Below are positions 40,851 through 48,573 of a stretch of 64,000 nucleotides of DNA, in pieces. Position numbers and translations under genes: made by a program. The first letter of the stretch is position 1; the number at the start of each line of letters is the position of its first letter. The DNA comes from Actinomycetota bacterium (GTDB taxonomy: Bacteria > Actinomycetota > Actinomycetes > Streptosporangiales > Streptosporangiaceae): the NCBI GenBank assembly GCA_048498315.1, contig JBEHYF010000009.1:1884-65883 (forward strand). The letters are read 5' to 3'. Below the pieces are notes generated by a model. That model made no database searches, was not told where the DNA came from, and was given only the letters and a program-made list of their open reading frames with translations.

Positions 40851-41209
40851 CCGCCGAACGCCACCGGTGACTCCCAGACGCGCACGGAGAGGGTCTCCGC
40901 GCCGCCCTTGCGGGCCGGCGCGGCGAGGGTGTCGTGCACCCACCGCGCGAGCACCTCGACGGTGACCGCCGGCTCCTCCACGGGCTTGATCTCGTCCAGG
41001 TCGCGGCCGGCGATGCGGGCGATCAGCTCGTTCAGCGCGGCCTCGAGGATGTCCAGGTCGCAGACCATGCCCGCGTCGTCGAGCGCCCGGCGGCCGACGA
41101 CGACCTCGATCCGGTAGTCGTGCTCGTGCGGTTCGCCCTCGGGCGGCGGCTTGCCCGGCATCGAATGCACTGCGCGCACGGTGCCGCTCAGCCCGGCCTC
41201 GTAACCCAT
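40826..41209 (-). CDS. 6-pyruvoyl-tetrahydropterin synthase/QueD-fold (T-fold) protein, atypical
   Basis: AVH, HEHDYRIEV, GMVCD, TVEVLARW, VWES; no CxxxHGH cysteine. Confidence 0.82.
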   Translation of the reverse strand: MGYEAGLSGTVRAVHSMPGKPPPEGEPHEHDYRIEVVVGRRALDDAGMVCDLDILEAALNELIARIAGRDLDEIKPVEEPAVTVEVLARWVHDTLAAPARKGGAETLSVRVWESPVAFGGYSASIAS

Positions 41210-41402
41210 CCACGGCTCCTCTCCTCCGGCCGTTCCGCAACGGTCCGGCCGCCCTTCCCCGCCGCCCCTCGGCGGCCCGGTCGTCCTTCCGTCTCCGGGA
41301 CGGCCCCGCCCGGCCGTCTCCTCGACCGCCAGGCATCCTTCCCGGCCGTCCCCTGGACCGTCTCGTCCCGCCCGGCGGTCTCCTCGGCGGCCCGGCCGTC
41401 GC

Positions 41403-42392
41403 TCACCCGGCGACGCCGGACGGCTCGTACGCCAGCGCGGCGTGCATCAGACCCTCTTCCCCGCGGTCGAGCGCGGCGAACGCCTCGGCCGCCCGCTCGA
41501 ACGGGTACGTGTGGGTGGCCAGCGGGCCGAGGGGAAGCTCGGCCAGCAGCGCGGCGGCCGTGCGGCGCCGGCGCTCGGGCGTCCACGTGCCGCCGAGCGC
41601 TGCCGGGATCGTCGACACCTGGGTGCTGCGGATCGCCAGGCGGCGGCGGTGGAAGGCGCGGCCCAGCGGCAGCGTCACGTCCTTCGTGCCGAGCCAGGAC
41701 GCCAGCAGCAGCGTGCCCTCGTGGGTGAGCAGGTCCAGCGCGGGTCCGGGCGCGTGCGGGCTGCCGGTCGCATCGACGACCACCGGCGCGCCGGCTCCCT
41801 CCGTCTCCCGCGCGACCGCGCCGGGCAGGTCGCCGGGGGCGAGCGCGCGCAGGCCGAGCGAGGCGGCGATCTCGCGGCGCCATCCGCGCGGCTCCGCGCA
41901 CAGCACGCGCGCGCCCGCGCGGGCCAGCAGGAGGGCGGTGAGCGTGCCGAGCACGCCCGCGCCGAGCACCACGACGGTGTCGCCGTACCGCGGCGCGGCG
42001 TCCAGAGTGATCTGCAGGGCGGTCTCCACGAGCGGGAACAGCGTCGCCACGCGCGGGTCGACCGGCGGCAGCCGCACGAGCGAGTCGGCCGGCACGACGA
42101 GAACGTCCTGGTGCGGATGGAAGGCGAAGACCAGGTCGCCGTCGTGCCGGCCGACGCAGCTGTAGCCGTACGGGAACGGATAGCCGAACGTGCCGGACAG
42201 CGCGTCGAGGCTCTCGTCCAGCTCGGTGTCCGGCGGCACCTCGCCCCGGTAGACCAGCAGCTCGGTCCCGGAGCTGATCCCGGAGAAGAGCGTCTCGACG
42301 CGGACCCGGCCGTCGCCGACGGGGTCGAGGAGGGACGTCTCGCGGATCTCCACCCGCCGCGGGGCGACGTGGACGAGGTGGCGGGCCGTCAC
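41403..42392 (-). CDS. Medium-chain dehydrogenase/reductase (zinc-binding ADH-like) lacking canonical Zn ligands
   Basis: SGISSGTE, YGYSCVG, FHPHQD, VVVLGAGVLG, STQVS. Confidence 0.85.
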   Translation of the reverse strand: MTARHLVHVAPRRVEIRETSLLDPVGDGRVRVETLFSGISSGTELLVYRGEVPPDTELDESLDALSGTFGYPFPYGYSCVGRHDGDLVFAFHPHQDVLVVPADSLVRLPPVDPRVATLFPLVETALQITLDAAPRYGDTVVVLGAGVLGTLTALLLARAGARVLCAEPRGWRREIAASLGLRALAPGDLPGAVARETEGAGAPVVVDATGSPHAPGPALDLLTHEGTLLLASWLGTKDVTLPLGRAFHRRRLAIRSTQVSTIPAALGGTWTPERRRRTAAALLAELPLGPLATHTYPFERAAEAFAALDRGEEGLMHAALAYEPSGVAG

Positions 42393-42402
42393 GGCGGACG
42401 AT

Positions 42403-42428
42403 CTACCCGTATGACCGAATCGCGAAAC
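42403..42428 (-). promoter_or_regulatory. SigB/SigF-type promoter GTTT-N16-GGGTAG for the MDR-PTPS arm
   Basis: -35 at 42428-42425, -10 at 42408-42403, 10 nt before GTG 42392. Confidence 0.6.
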
Positions 42429-42435
42429 ACCTCCT

Positions 42436-42461
42436 GGTTTGGCAGTGATCTTGTGGGGAAA
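42436..42461 (+). promoter_or_regulatory. SigB/SigF-type promoter GGTTT-N15-GGGAAA for the ribA-ribD fusion
   Basis: -35 at 42436-42440, -10 at 42456-42461, 10 nt before ATG 42472. Confidence 0.6.
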
Positions 42462-42471
42462 ATGTTGCCTC

Positions 42472-43845
42472 ATGACAACACCGGTCCGGGAGATAACCCG
42501 CGTACCCCTCCCGACCGCCGCCGGGAACTTCGACGTCGCGGGCTTCGAGCTGCCCTCAGGTCTGGTGTACCTCGCGCTGATCAAGGGCGATATCGGCGAC
42601 GGACGGTCCGTGCTCACCCGCATGCACTCCGAGTGCCTCACCGGCGACGTGCTGGACTCCCTGCGCTGCGACTGCGGCATTCAGCTCCGTTTCGCCCTGC
42701 GCGTGCTGGCCGCGGAGGGCCGCGGCGTACTCCTCTACCTCACCGGCCAGGAGGGCCGTGGCATCGGCCTGGCAGCCAAGCTGCGCGCCTACCGCGAACA
42801 GGATGCGGGCGCCGACACCCTGGAGGCCAACCACCGGCTCGGCCTGCCCGGCGACATGCGCCGCTACACCGAGGCCGCCGCCGTCCTGACCGCCCTCGGC
42901 GTGCGGTCGGTGCGGCTCCTGACCAACAACCCCGCCAAGGCGGAGGCCCTGCGTGCCGAGGGCATCGAGGTCGTCCGCATGGAGGGCATCACCACCGCGC
43001 CGCACCGGAACAACCGGCGCTACCTGCGCACCAAGCAACAGCGAATGGGCCACGTCTCCCCTCTCGGCGCCCCGCTTCCGGAGGTGGCCGAGACCCCGGT
43101 CGACGCCACCACCCTGCTCGGCCGGGTCGCCCCGCCGCCCGGACGCCCGCACGTCCTCGTGAAGTACGCCCAGACCCTCGACGGCCGCATCGCCACCCGC
43201 AGCGGCGACTCGCAGTGGATCAGCGGCGAGCCCGAACGCCGGGTCTCGCACGCGCTGCGCGCCGCCTCCGACGCCGTGCTGGTGGGCGTCGGAACCGTGC
43301 TGCGCGACGACCCGCAGCTCACCGTGCGGCTGGTCACGGGCGCCTCCCCCATCCGCGTCGTGCTGGACTCGCTGCTGCGGACGCCGCCCGACGCCCGCGT
43401 CCTCGACGACGACGCTCCGACGGTCGTGGTCACGACCGAGGCCGCGCCGCCGGAACGCCGCCGTGAGCTGGTCGGGCGCGGCGTCGGCGTACGCGTCGCC
43501 AAGGCGGGTCCCGGCGGCGTGGACCTGACCGACGCACTGTCCTGCCTGCGCGCCGACGGCATCCGCTCGGTCATGGTCGAGGGCGGCGCACGGGTGATCA
43601 CCTCGCTGCTGGCCGCCCGGCTGGTCGACCGGCTCATCGCCTCCGTCTCGCCGCGCGTCATGGGGGCCGGCACCGAGGCGGTCGGCGACCTCGGTTCCGA
43701 CCGCGTCACCGACGCGGTGCGGCTGACCGGCCGGTCGGTCCACCCCGTCGGGGACGACGTGCTGCTCGCCTACGACGTGACCCCGCTGAGCACCGCCGTC
43801 TCCCCCGTCGGCGGGCGGGCCGACGTACCGGCGCCGGCCGACTGA
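42472..43845 (+). CDS. ribA: GTP cyclohydrolase II fused to a RibD_C (pyrimidine reductase) domain, without the deaminase domain
   Basis: RMHSECLTGDVLDSLRCDCG, QEGRGIGL.AKLRAY, LLTNNP; then KYAQTLDGRIA, SHALRA, VGVGTVLRDDPQLTVR, VEGG. Confidence 0.9.
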   Translation: MTTPVREITRVPLPTAAGNFDVAGFELPSGLVYLALIKGDIGDGRSVLTRMHSECLTGDVLDSLRCDCGIQLRFALRVLAAEGRGVLLYLTGQEGRGIGLAAKLRAYREQDAGADTLEANHRLGLPGDMRRYTEAAAVLTALGVRSVRLLTNNPAKAEALRAEGIEVVRMEGITTAPHRNNRRYLRTKQQRMGHVSPLGAPLPEVAETPVDATTLLGRVAPPPGRPHVLVKYAQTLDGRIATRSGDSQWISGEPERRVSHALRAASDAVLVGVGTVLRDDPQLTVRLVTGASPIRVVLDSLLRTPPDARVLDDDAPTVVVTTEAAPPERRRELVGRGVGVRVAKAGPGGVDLTDALSCLRADGIRSVMVEGGARVITSLLAARLVDRLIASVSPRVMGAGTEAVGDLGSDRVTDAVRLTGRSVHPVGDDVLLAYDVTPLSTAVSPVGGRADVPAPAD

Positions 43846-43951
43846 ACCCGCCGGGCCGAAAGCCAGACCCGAACGGCCGGCCGCACGCAGCCGGGCCAAG
43901 GTCCCCGGTGCCCTCTCGCCGCGGCCGGCGGGTACGGGATGGCCGGAGCGT

Positions 43952-45400
43952 TCAGCGGGAGGGCCGCCCGGCGGCGGCGCGTCGCGTGACCGGAGGGAAG
44001 AACTCGCCGACGAGCGTGCGGTGCCACCAGGCGCCGGTCGCGCGCTTCTCCTGCCGGGTGGTGAAACGGTAGCGGTACAGCCGCGCCCGGACGACGGCGG
44101 GCGGGGCGTCGGGGAACGGGTTGCGGCGCAGCAGGCGCAGCGTCGCCCGGTCGCCCTCCAGCAGCCTTTCCAGGAAGGGCGGGAACCACGGCTCGGCGTA
44201 GCCCGGTGACAGCGCCGCGAACCACATCAGCCAGTCGAGCCGCAGGTGGTACGGCGCGACCTGGGGCGGCCGGCGGAACGGGTCGCCGGGCTTGCCCTTG
44301 AACTCGTACTCGCGCCAGACCGCGTCCGGCCCCGCCGCCGGGTCGTCGGTGCCCTCGATCACCACCTCGTACCGGGTCTTGGTGATGCTGCCGAACGCTC
44401 CGTAGGTGTTGACCAGGTGCAGTGGGTTGAAGCTGGCGTTCATCCGCTGGCGCCGGGACAGGAGGTTGACGGCGGGCCAGTAGCTCAGCACGACCACCAG
44501 CACCCCGACCGCGATCACGAGCGCGCCGAACCACACGGGTACGCCCTGCGGGCCGCGGCCCGGCGACAGCCCGGCTGCGCGCACGGCGCCGTGCCAGTCG
44601 ACCACGGACGTCGCCAGGATCACGGTGAGCCAGTTCAGCCACGAGAAGTTCCCCGAGACGATCAGCCAGAACTGGGTCACGATGACGATGGCCGCGGCGA
44701 CGCTCGCGTACGGCTGCGGCGCGAACAGCGCGAACGGGACCATGAGCTGCGTGGCGTGGCTGGCCGCCACCTCGATCCGGTGCAGCGGCCGGGGCAGCAG
44801 GTGGAAGCTGCGGCTGAGCGGGCCGGGCATCGGCTGGGTCTCGTGGTGGTAGTACAGGCAGGTCAGGTCCCGCCAGCACCGGTCACCGCGCATCTTGATC
44901 AGCCCGGCGCCGAACTCCAGGCGGAACAGCAGCCAGCGCAGCAGCCACAGGATCGGCGCGGGCGGCGCGACCCGCGCGTTGCCGAGGAAGATCGTCAGGA
45001 AGCCGGCCTCGCACAGCAGCGACTCCCAGCCGAAGCCGTACCAGGTCTGGCCGACGTTCACGATCGACAGGTACAGCGCCCACAGCACCGCCCACAGCGC
45101 CATCGCGGCCCCGGTGGGCACCACGTCGCCGGCCCCGGCCAGCAGCACCGCTGCGACCGCCGCCCCCGTCCAGGCGATGGTGGCGAACAGCCGGTCGGAG
45201 TAGCGCAGGTGGAACAGGCTCGGCGCCCGCCGGAACGACACGAGGCGCAGGTACGCCGGGATCGGCGTCAGGCCGCGCTCGCCGATCAGCGGGCGGAACT
45301 GGTTCACCGCGACGAGGAAGGCGACCAGGTAGGTCGCGGCCAGGCCGCGCTCGAACACCAGCCGGCTCAGCCGGTAACCGGGCTCGGCGAGCCAATCCAT
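43952..45400 (-). CDS. Lipase maturation factor (LMF1) family membrane protein
   Basis: WYGFGWESLLCEAGFL, RLEFGAGLIK, YHHETQPMP, GNFSWLNW, YGAFG, EYEFKGKPG, RLDWLMWFA. Confidence 0.9.
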   Translation of the reverse strand: MDWLAEPGYRLSRLVFERGLAATYLVAFLVAVNQFRPLIGERGLTPIPAYLRLVSFRRAPSLFHLRYSDRLFATIAWTGAAVAAVLLAGAGDVVPTGAAMALWAVLWALYLSIVNVGQTWYGFGWESLLCEAGFLTIFLGNARVAPPAPILWLLRWLLFRLEFGAGLIKMRGDRCWRDLTCLYYHHETQPMPGPLSRSFHLLPRPLHRIEVAASHATQLMVPFALFAPQPYASVAAAIVIVTQFWLIVSGNFSWLNWLTVILATSVVDWHGAVRAAGLSPGRGPQGVPVWFGALVIAVGVLVVVLSYWPAVNLLSRRQRMNASFNPLHLVNTYGAFGSITKTRYEVVIEGTDDPAAGPDAVWREYEFKGKPGDPFRRPPQVAPYHLRLDWLMWFAALSPGYAEPWFPPFLERLLEGDRATLRLLRRNPFPDAPPAVVRARLYRYRFTTRQEKRATGAWWHRTLVGEFFPPVTRRAAAGRPSR

Positions 45401-45836
45401 CCGGGCCGTCCACCCCCAATCCTGTGCCGGAGCCCCGTCGCCCGCCGGATCCCTGTTTTTCCCGCATGCCGCGGCCGAAACGGCACCGGCGGCGACATCC
45501 TGCCGCGGCCGCGTATCCGGCCATGCGCCGCCGTCCATCGACCCCTCGGAGATGGTGACGCGGGCGCAACGCGACGGGAAAGGGCGCGAGGTGGGTCTGG
45601 GCGGCGGCCCAGGCGATGCCCTCGCCGCGCGCGGGGTGGCGCACCCAGGCCGGCCCGCGCCAGAACCGGCTTGGGCGAACGCGGGGAGGCGGGCTCCGAC
45701 AGAGCCTGACTCGCTTCGTCAGGGTCGGATGGAGCGGCAGGTGAGACTAATGTCCCTAAACCGCGCCGCCGGGCCTCGGCGAAAGTGGCTATGTCATCGC
45801 CGGTCGCCACGGACCGATGCGAGAGGCGGGGGAGCC

Positions 45837-46187
45837 GTGACCGTTCAGCTCAAGAGTAGCCGGGCCGCGCCGGGCAGCGTCGTCGTGCCGCTGCACGGCG
45901 AACTCGACATCGCCACCGCGGGCCCGGCGACCGAGCGCGCGCTCGCCCACGCGATCCCCGGATCCGTCCTGGTCCTCGACGTCTCGCGGGTGACCTTCTG
46001 CGACTGCAGTGGCCTGACCGCCCTGCTGCGTGCGGCACGCCGGGCACGCGCGATGGGCTGTGGCTTCGCCCTCATGGCACCCAGCCCGATGATGACCCGG
46101 TTGCTCGCCATCACCCGCGTGCGCGACCGGCTTCCCGTGCTCGACGAGTTCGTCACGCTCCCGGTTCCGTCGCCGGCGGCGCAGTAG
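45837..46187 (+). CDS. STAS-domain anti-sigma-factor antagonist
   Basis: LHGELDIATA, LVLDVSRVTFCDCSGL; GGGGGAG RBS. Confidence 0.85.
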   Translation: MTVQLKSSRAAPGSVVVPLHGELDIATAGPATERALAHAIPGSVLVLDVSRVTFCDCSGLTALLRAARRARAMGCGFALMAPSPMMTRLLAITRVRDRLPVLDEFVTLPVPSPAAQ

Positions 46188-46399
46188 AACGCACGAGGGC
46201 CGGGTGCGGTCACGGCCGGTGCACGTCGGTGACTCGACGCGACGCCGCGGCTGCCCGCCGGCGGGCCGTACATTTCGGCCGTCGCCCGGCTGCCCGCGGC
46301 CCTCCCCGCCCGGCCCGCGTGCCGATGGCGGCCGGACGGACGGCCGCCGCAGCCCCGGCGCTCCTGGCCTCGGGGGCGGACGCGGGCCGCGGGCCGCGC

Positions 46400-47218
46400 T
46401 CACGCCATGGCGGGCCGGGTGCCGATGACGACGGTGGCGCCGAGGGCCGCGCAGCGGGCGACGGCGGCGGCCAGCCCGCCGGCGGTGACGGCGTCCACGG
46501 CCGCCGCCACCTGCTCTTCGCCGATCTCCGACAGCAGGTGACCGCCGGGTTCGAGCCAGCGCGCCGCGTCCGCGGCCACCCGGCGCAGGACATCGAGGCC
46601 GTCCGCGCCGCCGTCGAGCGCCACGCGCGCCTCGTGGTCGCGCGCCTCCGCGGGCAGCAGTCGCACCCGCGCGGTCGGCACGTACGGGACGTTGGCCAGC
46701 AGGACGCCGACCCGCCCGCGCAGGCCCGCGGGCAGGGGCGCGTAGAGGTCGCCCTCGTACACGCGGCCGCCGGCGGCGGCGACGTTGCGGCGGGCGCAGC
46801 GCACCGCGGCCGGGTCGACGTCGGCCGCGTGCAGCTCCACCGGGCCGGCCTCGGCGGCCAGCGCGCTGCCGAGCGCCCCCGACCCGCAGCACAGGTCGAC
46901 GACGACGAGCTGGCGCGTACGGCCGGCGGCGGCCCGGCCGGCGAGCGCGACGGCGCGCTCCACGAGGAACTCGGTGCGGCGGCGCGGGACGAAGACGCCG
47001 GGGTCGACGGCCACCCGCAGGCCGCGGAACTCCGCCCAGCCGACGACGTGTTCGAGCGGCAACCCGGCGGCCCGGCGTTCGACCAGGGCGGTCAGCTCGC
47101 CGGAGCTGCGCGCCGCGGAGACGAGCAGGCGCGCCTCCTCCTCGGCGAACACGCAGCCGGCGGCCCGCAGCCGGGTCACGATGGCGGACAGGGACGGCGA
47201 AGCCGGTGACGGGGACAC
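46400..47218 (-). CDS. HemK/PrmC-like putative N5-glutamine methyltransferase (actinobacterial paralog)
   Basis: RLRAAGCVFAEEEA, PLEHVVGWAEF, VFVPRRRTE, DLCCGSG, ANVPYVP, ALDGGADGL. Confidence 0.85.
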   Translation of the reverse strand: MSPSPASPSLSAIVTRLRAAGCVFAEEEARLLVSAARSSGELTALVERRAAGLPLEHVVGWAEFRGLRVAVDPGVFVPRRRTEFLVERAVALAGRAAAGRTRQLVVVDLCCGSGALGSALAAEAGPVELHAADVDPAAVRCARRNVAAAGGRVYEGDLYAPLPAGLRGRVGVLLANVPYVPTARVRLLPAEARDHEARVALDGGADGLDVLRRVAADAARWLEPGGHLLSEIGEEQVAAAVDAVTAGGLAAAVARCAALGATVVIGTRPAMA

Positions 47219-47541
47219 GGGATCCTTCCAGGATTCCGGAGGGCACTCCCGCGTCCGGCCGGACCGCCGGTGCGGACGCGGGGCGGGAGCACCCGATTGG
47301 TGATGATGGGTCTCACCTTTCCGCGTTCGGCGACGGCCTGGATGTCCGGACGCTACCAGAGCGGCCGGCGGATGCACCGGAGCGCCCTCCGGCAGGGCAG
47401 TCCAGCGCGCCGTCGTTCGCGGAGGGCTCGCGTCACGAGCGCCGCACGGACATCCCATGGGCGACCGCGGGGGACGGCACATCGCACGGGAACACCGTAC
47501 GGACGTGTCACGGGCTGCCGCACGGACGCCTCACGGGGGGG

Positions 47542-48138
47542 TCATGGGCGGTGCACCACCCGGACGACGCCGGGCACCGTACGCGTGATGGCCTCGGCGA
47601 TCCGCGCCGACCGGTCGTCGCGCTCGCCGGACAGCTCGACGATCCCATCGTGCACGGCGACCCGCGTTCGGGCCGTCTCGGCGGACAGGTCGCGCAGGGC
47701 GGCGACGACGTCGTCGCGGATCCGCTGGTCGCCGTGGGCCAGCACGCCCATGAGGTCGCGGCGGCTGACGATGCCGACCAGCTCGCCGTCGCGGAGGACG
47801 GGAACGCTCTTCAGCGCGGTCGTGATCATGAGGTCGACGAGTTCCATCGCGTCCCCGGTCTCGCGCACCGTGCGGACGTTGGGGGTCATGACCTGCTCGA
47901 CGGTGGTGGGCGGCGCTGACTCCGGCTGCGCCCTCGGGCGCAGGTAGGCGCGCGGATCTGCCTCGAACTCGCCGCGGAGCAGGTCCATCTCGCTGACGAT
48001 CCCGACCATGTGCCCGTCCTCGTCGACCACGGGCGCGGCGGTGATGTCCTCGGTGTACAGCAGGTGAATCGCCTGCTTGACCGTCCACTCCCGGGGCACG
48101 GTGACCACCGGGGTCGTCATCACCTCTCGGACCAGCAT
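47542..48138 (-). CDS. CBS-pair plus BON domain protein
   Basis: VREVMTTPV, GIVSEMDLL, VEQVMT, GIVSRRDL; C-terminal BON-like VHDGIVELSG...VPGVVRV. Confidence 0.88.
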   Translation of the reverse strand: MLVREVMTTPVVTVPREWTVKQAIHLLYTEDITAAPVVDEDGHMVGIVSEMDLLRGEFEADPRAYLRPRAQPESAPPTTVEQVMTPNVRTVRETGDAMELVDLMITTALKSVPVLRDGELVGIVSRRDLMGVLAHGDQRIRDDVVAALRDLSAETARTRVAVHDGIVELSGERDDRSARIAEAITRTVPGVVRVVHRP

Positions 48139-48187
48139 CCCGATCACCTCCACCTTCCATCGCATCCCGCCGGAGACGGCGGCGACA

Positions 48188-48201
48188 TGGGCGAAGGTCC
48201 T
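48188..48201. promoter_or_regulatory. DosR-like box (AGGAC-CTTC-GCCCA on - strand) upstream of the CBS-BON gene
   Basis: Resembles the 53101 box. Confidence 0.4.
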
Positions 48202-48573
48202 TCATGCCGGGGCGGACCATGCTGTGCCGGGGGCGCGGTCGTGCGGGCGGCAGGGAACGAAGAACGGGCTTCCACCCGGGGCCGGACGGGAAATCCCTTT
48301 ACCAGGTCCGCCAGGGCTGCCAGGGGCACGGTTCCGTCGGGGACGCGGCACGGTCCGACAAGGGTCCGGAGAGACGGTTCCCGCTCCCCGGCGCCTTCAT
48401 CGCGGCTTCACGGCGCCCGCTCCCCCGCTGGGGCGTGGGGGCTCCGCGGCGCCGGGCCGGTGAGACGGCCGCCGGCGACCTCGTGCGGCGCGTCGACCTG
48501 GCGCGGCGGCGGGGCCGTTCGCCCCCATGGCGTGCGGGCGGGAATGCGGGCGGCCGATCCCGCCCGTGCGCGG

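Noticed and set aside
41210-41400. Loose GGCCGTC(T/C)CC repeats between the MDR and PTPS genes, and the GC-rich run at 55922-56110
   Set aside because: Irregular spacing and low complexity; no consistent unit or coding signal
42393-42471. FMN riboswitch ahead of the ribA-like gene
   Set aside because: Only 79 nt of intergenic DNA, filled by two promoters; no RFN conserved blocks
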